NCBI GenBank assembly: GCA_973895155.1
Contig: OZ316896.1
Span: 10,427,525-10,491,524 of the forward strand
DNA length: 64,000 nt
Source of the DNA: Marsupella aquatica
Taxonomy: Eukaryota; Plantae; Marchantiophyta
Reading direction: 5' to 3'
Position 1 is the first letter of the stretch; each line of letters starts with the position of its first letter. Position numbers and translations under genes: made by a program. Of the stretch, positions 1 to 13,960 are shown in pieces. The notes below the pieces were generated by a model that was not told where the DNA came from, made no database searches, and worked only from the letters and a program-made list of their open reading frames with translations.

Positions 1-1041
1 AAATAAAATTGAAAACAAACAAATAGAAAATAGAAAAATCTATACTCTTTTCCTTATCTTTGCATACCTATTTTTTTGTGCACCTTTTAGATTTGTTTTA
101 TTCAGAGTCATTATACAATTTGTCCTTATTTGAGCTACTGTCTAGAGGTTTCACTCTAGAAAGTAGCCTTTAAAAGTAGCTTCTGTTTGTGATTATATAG
201 TAAGATTCTGATTATTACTTTTTGAATTTGCCGTAATTTGTCACTTTGGTAGTTTTGGGCCGTCTCATACATTTCAGGAGTACCCTCCTTCTGAAGTTCC
301 CAGTTATGTTCTGGGGCATTGCGGAGGTTTAGGAGGCAATCCCACTAAGGGCCCGTCTTCTAAAAGTACAGTCATATCTCCTGCACCTGCAAAAAACACC
401 AAATTCTATCAAGACAAGGAAATTTGCTTTCAACTTCTATTTAATGTAGATAAGACAACTTGGCCATGGCTTCTCTTTAGTCTAGGCTCCAAATGGCAAA
501 ACAGGCATTGTGGCTCCTTCCATGAATAGATTTAGGCCGCCCATTAGTTCTGGGCACAAAGGAATGAAATCAATATCATCTAACACTATCATAGGCAATC
601 CCGCCCATTTGGCCGCTTTTGTCCGTCGTCTCATTACGAAACGAATATCAGCGGGAATGAAACTGAACCATCAGATTAAAGCATCTCTTTTTTGTATCCA
701 TCCGATCGTGAAACGAGACATGCATCAGATTTTGCTCCCTTCCGTGCACCCCCGTGCACTCATTATGCCCCTCCATCCCCACCCGCAGCAAGGACCTCCG
801 CATAGGGCTTTGCGACCCACGTTTACATTCCATGCACTTTCTCCCTATGGGACCGGCCCTCCTTGCACAGTGCAACGCACTGGCATAGGGCTCGTTTGTT
901 ATGAAAGTGCAACCCATCGTTCCCTTAGGACCAGTTGGCAAAGCAATGAAGGCACATGTGGCTCCTCAAGCAACTACAGTAACCTACTCATTGGTTTTTG
1001 GCGAACAGGGCTTCCAAAGTAACCTACTCATAAAAAAAAAG

Positions 1042-1065
1042 TTTAGGGTTTAGGGTTTAGGGTTT
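1042..1065 (+). repeat. Short interstitial telomere-like repeat (TTTAGGG)x3
   Basis: tttagggtttagggtttagggttt read directly; a reverse-orientation motif ctaaaccctaaacccta lies at about 3156-3171. Confidence 0.7.
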
Positions 1066-4000
1066 AAATAAATAAAGTAACCTATTCATATGGTGGCTCC
1101 TTCGCAAATAGATCTACTCTAGGCCATATGCAGATTTTTAGGCAATGGGGCTCCCAAAGTAACCCTTTGGAGGAGAATCTCATTTTTGTTGGTTGTAAGG
1201 GACTGCAAACCACCAAAATGAGGCTAAAGATTCTACACTGGTCGTTCACTCAATGACAGCACAAAACTGAAGATAGGAGATTCTGAGGAGTACAAAGAAG
1301 CCACGTGTACTGTAAATGTGCCACGTAGACAGAAGTGTAAAGTGTACCTTAGACTTTTAGGGTTTCCAATGCCACGTGTCTCTTGTAGGGACAAGAGAGA
1401 GCCCTCTGTTTGGACTCTCATTGACTGCCTTTGTACCATTCACCTCTATCTAGTCCCAATATTATTCACCTCCTTTCATTTTTATTTTACAAACAATATA
1501 TTGTATTTTCTATATTATATCTATATTCAAACGTTTCTTTCAAAATTCAAATTTAATTAAGTTTTTTCATCTTGGGCAGGGTAAGGGCAGCCCAGGCAGA
1601 GGCAATTGAGTTTGTAGGGGGTATGGATAGATCTAATGGTGCCACAAAAAAACAATTTTTTGATGAAGGGCGAGGATTGGTTTCCTATGTTTCTGATTTT
1701 GTAAAGGGCAAAGGACATTTCTGGCTGGATAGGGTATTGCAGTAGTAGATTGCATGAGCTGGGATGACATTACCAGAAGCTCTAGAATTGGGAATCTAAG
1801 CTAGGAAGGATTAATGTCAGGGGATCCCAATGGACTGTGAGATGGACACTGACCACTAACAAGAGGGGTACTTGGGTTGTCCTCTATACAAAAGATGACT
1901 GCATCTTTCAATAAGCTCTCATTGTGTGTGTTTCAATCAATGCTTTGGCTGAGTATCTGGAATTGGGGAGAGCAAAATCATGTAATCATTGAAGCAATTT
2001 TGTGCTGCCATCCCAGTTGTTTTTGGAGAAGAGTACCTTCAACAACCCATGGGTATGGAAGCTCAACTTAATCAATGAGCAGTGTGTACTCAACAAAAAT
2101 CGTTTAGGAGGAGGAGGACCAGGAGACTGAACTAACTTCACATGCAATGATCACTTGGTTTTTAAAGAACTACTTTCATCAATTGGGCAGTGAAGGAATT
2201 CTCAACCAAAATCCATGCTCCTCTTTAAACCGTGTCTACTATCCTGTCTACTATTCACAAAGCTCCATACCATCTTACAAGTATGACACAAATGATCATT
2301 ATGATGATGATTGAAAATACACCAGATAAATGCCTTGAGTTGACATTGATAGCTGCATACAAATGGGTGTCTATTTACTGTGTAGCTGCTTACCTCTAGG
2401 AAAGGTTCAAGTCCTTTGAGACATGGATTATGACATTTTTACATTTGGGCCTCTTTAAAGTGGGCCATAGGCCAAGTTATGAACTTATAGTTCCTCGCAT
2501 AGCCAAAGTTATGAGATGCACTTAACATTTTAAACAATTGGGGAGATGTAACATCGACAAAATTAGGGAGATGTAGCATCAACCCGCACAAGGCAGGGAT
2601 TATGGCCTCATCTCATCCTAACAGCATATGCCCATTTTCCTTCCTTCTTGGTCAACGGCCACCTCAAATGGAGCAGGCCCAAAGCCCACATTGCCTTCAA
2701 TCACAATTTTCCAAGACTTCCAGGTGCAATTTTGGATTATTTTGCCTAAAGTACCAGGAAATTGATTAAGGTTGTTGGTTGAGCATTGAGGCCATGGGCT
2801 TTCCTTATCTTATTAAGAAATCCTAAGCATAAGCTACTTTCAAGGGCTAGGGTCTAGAGTGAAGCCTCTAGACCATAAATCCATATAAAGGCAAAGCTGG
2901 ACTCAAAAATAAGAACAATATTGAACTCTAAATAAGGACAAACTGAGGGTGAGCAAAAAATGGGGATGGGGCAGATATAAAGGGGAGATAGCATGGAATT
3001 ATTTTGTTTGCAACATATTTTTTTGGGTCTTTTTCTCTAGTTACATTTTAAGACTAGTGGGAGCAAAGATCAACTCCCACAACTCCTGAGCTAGACAACT
3101 TTTATGGGAGTTTCCACACCTCTTAGGCTAGAGGGTATCCTGGTACCTTCGAGTCCTAAACCCTAAACCCTATTGGTATTCTAAGAGCTTGCCCTCCCTC
3201 CCCCCCTGAGCATATGAACAACCTCCTGATCATCCTCTGAGAAGAAGAATTCCCATTATCGAAATCCTCGTCCTGACTCCATTCCTGCCCTTCTTCATCT
3301 GCCTGCTGCTCTGTCAGTCCCTGGAAATGTAGCGTGGCCACCATCAGGATATGGGCGACCTCCTCGTCGTCCTGTGAGAAGTTCTCATCATCGAAATCTT
3401 CGTCCTGACTCTATTCCTGCCCTTCTTCATCTGTCTGCTGCCCTGTTGGTCCCCGGAATTGCTGCATGGCCACCTGAGCATATGAACCAACGTTTGATCC
3501 ATTACGCTGAAGAGCCCGCACTTCGTAGCTATCACAATTCCTCCCTGTTGATTTTCATTGTTGCTTTTCCTTGTGCATTCGTACCTTCTCCTGCATCATG
3601 CTGTCAGAATGTGATTCGTTCGGTCTCCTGTCCACCTTGCCAGACTGAACCCCGACTCATGGGCGCCATCGCCACCCATCACAAGCTTCACTTAACAAGC
3701 AACTTTACTTTTGCCAATCTTCTTCAATCACCCAATTGGACATTCTCTGTACATGCCTCTTCTCGTGGTGGGGTCCTTCGTCAGATTTTTGAAACCTTCA
3801 AAATATTGCAAAACACCAACTTCCTGTGTGGATCTCATCGGTCTCATCGAGTCAGTGCTCACCTGCTCTCAGAGACCTCATCCAAATTCCAAGGATGTAG
3901 CTCGTGACGTAAACGTTTTCTCAAATTGTTTGCTTTTTGTGGAAGAACATGGCCGGCTCTTAAGAACAAACGATTTCAGAAGTTCGACCGGGATGAAATC

Positions 4001-5185
4001 ATGAAGCTGTTCGTTCTCTGATTGCTGCTGTAATTGATATAGAAGCTAAATTAATTTTAGGTGCAGTTGAGGGAACAGATCTGGCTTTGCAAACAACAGA
4101 CGTCCGAAACGCCATATGAAATAAAACAACGGCCTACATGTAATCAGCTGGAATTGGATGGTGCACAACAAACCATGAAAGGGTCATTATGTAGCTCGTG
4201 ACGTAAAAGGTTTCTCAAATTGTTGGATTTGTGGACGAACACTGCCAGTTCTTATGGACATATGATTTTATAAGTTCGACCGGGGACCTTGATAGCTGAG
4301 GCATTGCGCAAGACTCGCCCAGTAATGATTTTGGAGTAGCCTGCCTGATAGGCAGTTAACCGGTGTTGCAAAAATGAATACAATTGATGCTTCGTATTCT
4401 TGCAGAGACTAATGGCACCGACAAATCCAAGGGCCCAGAAGATCAAGATTGGAATGACAGATAAGCAAAAACCGTTAGATGTTTACAAGCAGCTGAAAAC
4501 GGGACTGCTCACCGACCCCAACCCGTTTCATCACACCTAACAGTCAAGAGTATGGTGGAAAATGTGATAGATTCGCTCAATGCAGTTCCCTACGTGTGAT
4601 TTACACTCGTTTGAATGCTATTCTCTTTTTCCGAACCGGTGCATCGCTTACCTTAGTGCAATTCTAATCTAAGTCGCACTTCTTGTGCTTGCTTTGGACG
4701 GAAGCTCCACGACAAGGTGCCCTGAGGTGAGATTTCCCCTGTCAAGCAAGCTGCCGCATTCGGCAGAGAGGATGCATTGCATTTGGTCTGAATGTATCTT
4801 CCATGGCGTATTCTCGATTAGTTACATATCAATTTCGGTTTGTGAATTACCGTGGCAGAAGTCTAGTCCACTCCACAGAAAATGCTAAGGGCTACAATTT
4901 AAAAGGCTGGTCTCCATGGTCATCGAGGCAAGCTGAGCAGACCGTCATCAGTTGTTTGACAGTCTTGCTTTGTTCGAGCAAGACGAGCTGACCGAGCACG
5001 AGTATTTCCTTTCCTCCACTCTCCGCTCGTGCATTGAGTGGGTATCTTGCACAACCTTATGCCCATCGATTCTCAAATTTCTACCATATTTGCTTAGCGA
5101 TCTTGAGAATACCTCCTTGCTTCCTGTGACCCGCTTTGAGAAGGTCGAGACTTCACTACACTGAATGACTGAAAAACAGATTGCT

Positions 5186-5284
5186 CCTCCTTGCGCATAG
5201 TACAAGCTAACTTTCTCGTATGTGCCTCCTTGCGCATAGCTACAAGCTAACTTTCTCGTATGTGCCTCCTTGCGCATTGCTACA
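5186..5284. repeat. About 40-bp tandem repeat, about 2.5 copies
   Basis: Unit cctccttgcgcatag(c)tacaagctaactttctcgtatgtg starts at 5186, 5225 and 5265. Confidence 0.85.
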
Positions 5285-7229
5285 AACTTACTTACTCTTT
5301 GACGATGCCATTATGGACGAATCAGTCACACCTCCTGTAGACCTGTACAGCCTTTCGTTGGCACAGAATTCCTAAGGGCAACCAAGTTGTCTATCGTGGG
5401 CATGCTTTTTGAGAGATTTTACTCCTGTGCGGCTGTGCACGATTTTTTGTTGTACTCTGCCATAATGAGATCGCTGGAAAGCAGGCGGAGTCTATTCAAC
5501 TCGCCTGGGGATCGAAGATTCAATACACTGTAGCCGCCATCGCCCGTCCGTTCGGTAGCCTACTAGCCTGTGCGCCTCCAGCCATGGCAGCACAGCACGG
5601 CCATGCCGGAATCCTCCCTAATTGTATGATGAGGAGGCAGAGGACGACGACGACGATGCTGTGCGTCGTCGCGTCATGGGCATGGAAGTGTTTAGGGCAG
5701 GGCATGGCACCGACAGGTGTAGCCGCCTCCTGCTTCCAAACGGCTCTCGCATGGTGCATGGCCCATCGCCCGGATCCGGGGCACATCACCCGAAGACGTG
5801 TCCGTTTGGCCGCATCATACGGTAGCATCCGAAGCTACGAGCAAACCCCACTCCACTTCTTCCTCGGATGCATCTCCCGGTTCCATGGCGAGTTCGCCAA
5901 AGGACCACCCTCTCTCTCCCAAGGCCAGGACGGGAAACGGCCCCCTCTCGTTTCCCCCGCCTTGCCCCGGCTCGAGGGAGGCGAAAGGTTGTTGATTCGC
6001 CACCATACGTACCAACTCGGTTCCATGGGCAGATATCACAAAACAGAAGGGAAACGGTGCTCTGCGCTCACCCCCTCCCTCATTGTCCTCGCCCTCGAAG
6101 CATAGGGGTCCCGTGTCCCAGGGGCCCGAGCCAGAGGGCAACAAACGGAGCAGAGGGTTCCCGTCTGTCGGCTCTCCCTTTTCGATCGAGCGGCCGACAC
6201 TCGCTCTTTGTGGGTGGCGGAATTGCTTCTTCTTCAGAGTCGGCATTCCTCGATGCTTCTTCTCTCTGTTCATCTTCGTCGCCCTCCTCGTCCTTCCTCG
6301 CTTTGAATTCGCATCCCCTCTTAGTGGATCGAGCGATCCGGCTTGTAGAGGAGAGAGAGCAGCGACGACGCACTGAAATTGTTCTTCTCTGGAGTCTTCT
6401 TCCGCCTCCGTCATTGACAGACAGACAGGCAAAGACACGTTGGTTCTCGGACTGTTGTTCGCCTGGTCTGTAGCAGCTAGCCTCTTGCTCCCGATCTGCT
6501 GGTATAATTCTCGACCTGTCCTCGTGGTCGGTGCCGCTGGCTGTGTGTGTGTGTGGGTATGGTGCTGTTGTGTGGTGGCGTTCGTTTTGGGCGTCGGTCT
6601 GGCGTACTGTTTCCCGCCTTGCCTGCGATCTTTTGGTATGTGAGGTGTGCTCATCCGAAGGCGGGTCCCTTGTGAAGAGGACGATGGTTTGGGGTTATCG
6701 GTTTTCTCGAGTAGGTCGTCCTGGGCGCTCGCTGTGAATGAACGTAGTGGGTGCTGGTATGGAGAGATATTTCTTGGCTGCCTTTCCTATCTCCTTCGGC
6801 TGTAGGGTAGCGCAGGGGTAGTTCTCGTCTCTCGTGATCGGAGTGTACGGTAATTGGGCCTTCCTTCGCCAGATAAGTTAGGGATCTCGTTTGATTGTCT
6901 TTTCGGCGAAGGAGTGGCGTGCTCTGTGGGGCGGTTGTGCGTGGGGCTGTTCTGTAGTGTTTGTGAAGGAGGCTTGTTGTGGTGCATGCGATTGGAAATT
7001 TTTTCGGTGCGTCTCCGTGGAGTTGGCGTGCTACTGGCCCAGCAGAGGAGAGGTCATTCGGATCATTTGTCACTCTTTGGTCGTAGTAATGTCTATCTGT
7101 ATCTCTCTCTCTCCGAGGCGCCGACTTGGAGTCTTTCCGCCTTTGGATTATTTGAATCTACTTTCTGACGTATGTCTGACTGCAGTGCTCATCCAGCTTT
7201 CTTGATTGCTTGTTTTCAGAGTACACACC

Positions 7230-8688
7230 ATGGCCGATCAAGTGGAGACCCATGTAAACTCCGCTGTGAATTCAGTGGTGGAGAATTTCTCCAAGTTACC
7301 AGCCTCTCAAACCGCGCCTGCTGGAAAGCACATACCGAGTGCTCCTCGCCTCTTCGGCAGGGAAAAGGGTGTCCATGAGATGCTCGGAGGTGGAAAATGT
7401 AAGGCTTATTGCCATCCCTCGGCTGCCGCAGTTTAGATACGACTTAGACTGACAGATGATTCTCGTATTGTGGGACTGGTAGGATCCACTTTTGTTGTTT
7501 TTTGCCTCGAGCTTATCATTGCTTCCAAAATCAGACCGTCCCCACGGCTGACATCCTGATATTGTGCTGTCGTTCTTTTAATGTGCTCTACAGCTGCGGA
7601 CGTGTTATTGTGGCGTCACAAGCCCCTGTCTGCCGGAGTGTTGATCGGATCGACAATTGGCTACGTTTTGTTCGAGTGGTCTGGATACACGTTATTGTCC
7701 CTTCTCTCGAATGTTCTCCTCTTCTTGGTTGTGATTGTTTTCGTTTGGTCGAATGCAGCAGCCCTGTTGAACAGGTAATTTCCCACTTATAGCCGTCGTA
7801 CTCGGTTTCATCTAAGTGGCTCTGTGTATTAGCCTGCCTAGGCTTCTATTGGATGTCGTGCATTTGAGCTTCCTAGGGCTCGTAGCTCCATGACTTCCAC
7901 GTAATTACGTTTTTCTCGTTCGTGGTACAGAAACCCCCCACCCCTTCCGGAGCTTAAATTGTCGGAGGAGACTGTGATGGCTGTTGCTGCTTCTACTAGT
8001 GTTGAACTCAACAAAATATTGGCCGTCGCCCACGATGTGGCTCTCGGAAAGGACTTCAAACTGTTTGTTAAGGTATCTGATTGACTTCGCCTTCCTTTGA
8101 GGCGCGTCTGGGTGAGTCTTCATTGTTTGCATGTTCAACCATCTGATGTGGATCTCCCTCTCTCCTGTGCAGGTGATTGCTGGGTTGTGGGTCGTCTCTA
8201 TTATTGGAAACTGGTTCAGTTTCCTGACGCTCCTTTACATTGGTAAGCACATGCAGAGTTTCCTGCCTAGTGACTTGTTACTGAATCCGGGGGTTGGTGG
8301 GGTTCGGGGCTTGTTTGGAATAGAGATGTGGTTTGACTTGTGGTTCGGGGCTTGTTTGGAATTGAGATTCGTTGTTTACTTAGGGTTCGAGATTTGTGAA
8401 TTACCTGGATATGATCATACACGGAACTTAGTTATGCGCTGTAGTGGTTGGCTGATGGTCGATTTACGAAGGTGAGACTCTGCCTAATTGGGGTTATTCT
8501 TCCTCTTTTTCATCACAGGTGTTGTCTTGTCCCACACATTCCCAGTTCTGTATGAGAAATATGAAGATGAAATTGACAAGTATGCCAGGGTTGCCCATGA
8601 TCACGCCCATACTCAGTACAAGAAGTTTGATGCCAATGTCTTGAGCAAGATCCCTAGGGCACCACCCAAGGAAAAGAAGACTCAGTAG
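7230..8688 (+). CDS. Reticulon-like protein (RTNLB family); exons 7230-7398, 7594-7774, 7931-8072, 8173-8242, 8519-8688
   Basis: Plant reticulon motifs [65 protein letters not shown]; all introns are GT-AG with consistent phases; C-terminal KKTQ fits an ER-retrieval di-lysine motif. Confidence 0.93.
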
Positions 8689-9859
8689 AGCCATGATGGG
8701 CTTTGAGGGATGTGGTAGTGGTAAGCAGTTCAGATCAGCTACGGAGCTCAGTATGTAAATACCAATCTGTAGAAGCTTCTTTCTTAGGTTGCGGGTGACA
8801 CATGTCTGCGCTGAGCGTCATAGAATGGGGGTATATGCCACACAAATGACATCACTCGTCCTTGAGCTGGTGATATCCAATTTTCGGTGTCCAAATATTA
8901 CATTCTCTTCTCTGTCGAATCTTGAATTCCGATTGAACTGTGATTCAGATTGTAGTTTTGGCTTTTGGCAGCCTGTGTGCGTATTGGAGATTGCCGGTTT
9001 AGTAGATTGGATCTATATACTATACCGAAAATCGGCTTCAAGGAAATATATTCTGATGCAGACCTTTTGTAAACGATCTGGGTATCTGAGGGTAGTTATC
9101 GCAAGCTTCTTAGTTCTCAAAGGTGGGACCCTGTCCAACTGGGGTTTGATCCTTGAGGTTGGTTAGTTGTACTGTACATGACTGTTCATTGTTGTTCGAT
9201 AACCTCAATTGATTTTCCATTTCTACATGTAACCCTCGTCATGAATGACAGCCATCCTTTTACTCTGGTTATGGTTGAATGTAATGCGAGCACTGCAGTT
9301 TGGGTTTTTCTTATAATGAGATTGTCACGAGTAAGCTACCTCTTCAATTGAAGATCTTGGTGACACGCACTTTATTTAAAACAATGTCGTTTCGTGAATT
9401 CGAAATTGACTAAGCCATATTAAGGAACGTTGAAGGATTTAACAATGGACCGTACTTTACTAAACTTACAGGTCGTGCTGTACGGTATCTCGGGTTTCTG
9501 TCAACATGTACTTGAGAGTCTTATCTCACGCAGTCTTAGATGATTGTTAACACTCACATGCTTGTTAACTAAGTAATGTGTTCGTCAAACCAAAATTAGT
9601 AGTTCTTGCAACGGTCAAAGCTCAGGGCATTAATTCTGTATAGTCTGCACTAGGAGGCTGCATTAAACAAGTTGGGAAGCTTCACGACAGGCTTGTCACT
9701 CTTGTATTTAGCGCTTTTGAAATTAACTACTTTCGTAATTATTTCTATGTACAACAGCTTTGATTATACTCATACAACAACGAGACAAAAGGGAAGGACC
9801 GGATCTGAAGTGCTCCTGAACTGTTTTCTAACGAGGATCTGCTGGAAGTGTCGACAGAA

Positions 9860-12148
9860 ATGTCAACTAGCGTCCCCAGCATTTTATTATCACCCAATCA
9901 GCGCGAAGATTTCATGGAACAAAACAATCGTAACGTTAGAGCTTTGGTTATGTCTGAAGTGACTGCCTTGCTAGATGAAAGACTTGAAGCTCTGGCTGTG
10001 CGAATAGATAATCAGCTCAAAACCCAGGTAGATGTGCAAGTAACCTCTTTCATGCAACGCTTGCTACTTGCAGGTATGGGTATGCTTGTTCCACCTAACT
10101 GTCTGGACGGTTCTCCTATGACGTCCAACCTGCCTTGGACAAGGAAGAAATATAGTGAGGCAGTAGGTGTTCGTGACGAGAGCTCCCATGTTCCTGTAGA
10201 GAAGTCTCACCCAATCTATGATACACACTTGAGGTCCAAAGCTACATCTGGACACATGTCAAGGGCGACAGACGTTAAGGCATGTGGAGAAATGTTGAAA
10301 ATGGCCAAGCATAATTTAGGATGGACACCAAAGGCTCCAGTGACAGACATGGGAAAGAAGTATGCTTTACAGTCCAAAGCACCCTATCTATCAAAAGCTT
10401 TAGGTGAGGGAATGCTACACCTAGCAGAGCCCTGTATATCAAAAGATACAGAGATGGACATGGGAGAGAAATCTCCTCCAATGCCCAAAGCACCAAATGT
10501 ATCAAAATCTTTCAGCAAAGAAATGCTAGACCTCACAGATCCCTGGATGTCAAAATCTCTAGTGACAAGCGTGGGAGAGGGATCTCCTGCAATGTCGAAA
10601 GATCCAAGTGTACCACAAACTCTAGATGAGGGAATGTTTTCAAAAAAGTGGATATCACAAGCTCCAGACACAGGCATGGGAGAGGAATCTACTCCAATGC
10701 CCAAAGGACCACAGATATCAAAAGCTCTGGGCCAGGGAATACTTGACCTGAGAGAACCGTGGATATTGAAAGCTATAAAGGCAGAGATGGGAGAGGAATG
10801 TCCTCCAATTTCCAAAGCACAATTTTTTTCACAAGCTCATGGCAAGGGAATGCTAGACCTGGCCAAATCATGGATATCAAAAGCTCCAAGCATAAACTTG
10901 GGACAGGATTCTTCTCCGATGCCTAAAGCACAGTATATATCGGGAGCATTATGCAAGGGAATGAAAGACATGGCAGAAACATCTCCTCCAACGCCTAATG
11001 TACCATGTGAAGGAACGCAAGACATGGCAGAACAATCTCCTCCAATGGCTAATGTACCATGGATATCAAAACCTCCTAACGATGAAATACTGATCCCCAC
11101 AGAGCAGTCTCCTTCCAATTCCAAAGTTGGTGGCGGTAATGACTCCATCGAGGAATCTTATCAAATGTGTGAGGCATCAATGATTCCCAAACCTCCTCTC
11201 ATATCTGTTGCATCGTGTATCTCAGAAGCTCCTTTGTCGTCTTCATTGGCTACATTTCCTGAGTCAATTCTGAACTTCTTTTCCTCGAGAATGTTAAGTG
11301 CTCAAGACATGGAAGAAATGCCCACATCTGACCCATCAACATCTCCCTACGGAACTCCTTGTGATCTTACCATGGATGGAATGACAAGACTGGAGACACA
11401 ATTCTGCAAATGTATCCATGAGGTTGCTGATTATTCAGAAGAGGCTGTATTCATGGTACCTTGTGAAGAGTCTAATGCAAACTGTAGAGCTATCGATTTG
11501 AGCCCTTTTCCATGCTCAATGTCCACTGTACAAATGAGTGACCTCTTACATCCCCGTTCAGATCATACTATGCCCAACAGTGCTAATGTGAATATTTCAA
11601 CCAACATGTCATGGAGAGACATGTTGAGGGAAGAGGAAACACAATTGATGGATGCCATCAACAGCAAACTTGACAATGGTGCAAACATCTCAGTGTCGTG
11701 GATCAAAGGCAGATTGAAGGTTTTGGCAAATCAAAGATAACACTTGAAGGCCAAACTCATGCATGAATTGAATTTTGGTAATAATAAGGACAGTAGCTAC
11801 ATGCATCTGATTAGCATCTCAAAGAAAATGTGGGAGACAATGGATTCCATGGAGTTACAGCTAGATTCCATGGAGTTGGATGAGGATTTTATGATCTATT
11901 CTCCCTCCGGCTTGAATCAGTCCTACAAAGATCAAGATTTGGTCGAAGCTACTTGTAGAGATACCCACCACAGTCATCTTATTAACATCTCCAAAAGAAT
12001 GTGGGAAACAATGGATTCTATGGAATTACGACTAGATTCTCTAGAGTTGGAAGGGAACATCATGCCTGCATGCTTCAATAATGCAAACCGTTCAAGTGAA
12101 AGTGACGAAGACTCGCTTGGCATGGAGGTTAGTCATTTAATGCTATGA
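9860..12148 (+). pseudogene. Intronless orphan ORF with six about 37-aa repeats, interrupted by an in-frame TAA at 11738-11740; possibly retroelement-associated
   Basis: The 630-aa ORF continues in frame into ORF 11744-12148; repeat consensus W(I)SKA...MGE.SPPMPKAP..SK.LG.GMLDL.EP; PPT-like aagtgggggagt then TGT at about 12285-12300. Confidence 0.5.
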
Positions 12149-13960
12149 TAAAAAGTTCATTGTAGACCCAGTACAAACTTCATATCCAAGTCAACATTAA
12201 TAAAGTAATGCTAATTAACATGACAAGCCATGCTTTGGTTCATGACAATTCCCTTTTCTCCTGGATGACTGGTAATCTTTGGTTAAGTGGGGGAGTTGTG
12301 AACCCCATTAGTTATAAGTCACCCATATGAGTGAGCTCAACGGCCTTGCCAAACTCTGATATCATTTTGTTGGCCGAACTACCCTCACTAACTCCATGTT
12401 ACTAAGTTTGAAATTAAATTTCCACTCAGCTGACCTTGGTGAGTAACGTTGTCAACTTTGCAACCCCCTTGAGTCATGTCATTGGCCTCACAGAGCAGGA
12501 ACAGTCCACACTCAAATTACTGATTGGAGTGACTGATAACTGATGGGGTTGCAACACTCATGAGTTTGACAGCATACAGCTAGATGCCATGCATAATGGG
12601 ACCAGACTCCAACCAATTAATTTAAAGTTTTTCTTTGAAACCTTCAACTAATGAGACCTAAGCTAGCGCAATTCCAATGCTGCAGGAAGTTCAATGTGAA
12701 AACTATGAGGCCAAGCTTGGGATTGAAGCCACGCCTCTGAATGAGCACAAAGAGGATGACCAAGACGCAGACCACAACAAAGTTATGATGGAGGATGGAA
12801 GCAAGATTAATGTGGACAGAATGGTTGAAATTAGGGATCCATGTGAGTTAGCTCCATAGATAATATTGTTGGTCAAGTGTTTTTATGTGGTTACCCAGCC
12901 AAAACCTATTATTTTCTCGATATCTTTGTTGTACTTACCACAAATAACCACCATTCAAGAGGAGGAAAATTCTGTGGGCAATGAGCATTTTGGAGAAGAA
13001 TTAAGAAGTTTTTGTAAAACATGGAGGAAACAGTCAAAGGAGTTGGTAGACAAGTAGGGGAATATGGGGTGCACTCCCGTCAAAAGTTACTACAAGTTAT
13101 AGCTAACCTGTCATTACCCTTATATTTAACTAAACTAATTGAATTTTGTTCTAGTAAACTAACAACAATTGGTTCCTGTAGTTTGTTGTGTAGTTATCCG
13201 AACTATATCTATCTGCTGTTTGACCCTTCGCAATTGCCCTGACCCTCACGGATACAGTGTGTAGCACGGTTGAGCTAACCAAGTGTGTAGCACAGTTGAG
13301 TTAACCAAGTCTGTGACTAAGGTTAACCCTAACCACGGTAATAGTCATAACTCTAGACCAAAGTGTAAATGCCTAACACAAAAGCCCACCCAAACCAGTG
13401 GTTTTTTAGTTTTTTAGTGTCTTAGCCACTTTTGGAGAAATTTTGCTAAGTTTTGGGTCTTCTCATAGCCAAAATGTAGCGGTGCTCCTTAGATCTAGAG
13501 AGATGAGTGACGGTCAGAAATTCATCTAAGAAATTAGGTAAGAGATATGCCTAGCATCTTCTCCTTCACACAAGATGACATTGGCAAAAAAGAAACAACC
13601 GTTAAAATTAGGCTGTCCTAAGCGGAGTCCATGTCTTCTAAATTTTGACATATATGGTAAATCCAATATTCATGTTTTGTCTTATTCAAATTTTGTGTCT
13701 GTATTTTTATCTGAATGTGCCTTAACATTCAAGTTGAATCATTTGTATTACTTAGATTTTTAATTAACTTTTGGACCCCCTTTAATTTTGTTATCTTAGA
13801 ATGTTTTGAATTTATTTTGGCTCCCCTCATAAATTTTTAATCTTTCCTTTCAATCACTCCAGTGAATTTGTACCACTTAGTGAATCCTATATTTTCTCAT
13901 GAGAGTGAGAGAAATGATTTTGAACAATGTGCACATCTTGTGTACTAAGGTCCTGTGTAC

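Noticed and set aside
1877-2540. Copia RT/RNase H remnant upstream of the PPT-like motif
   Set aside because: No diagnostic motif could be read in any frame; too degenerate to call
4868-4930. Fibronectin-III-like motif NAKGYNLKGWSPWSS
   Set aside because: Too short, and no supporting upstream beta-strand pattern in frame
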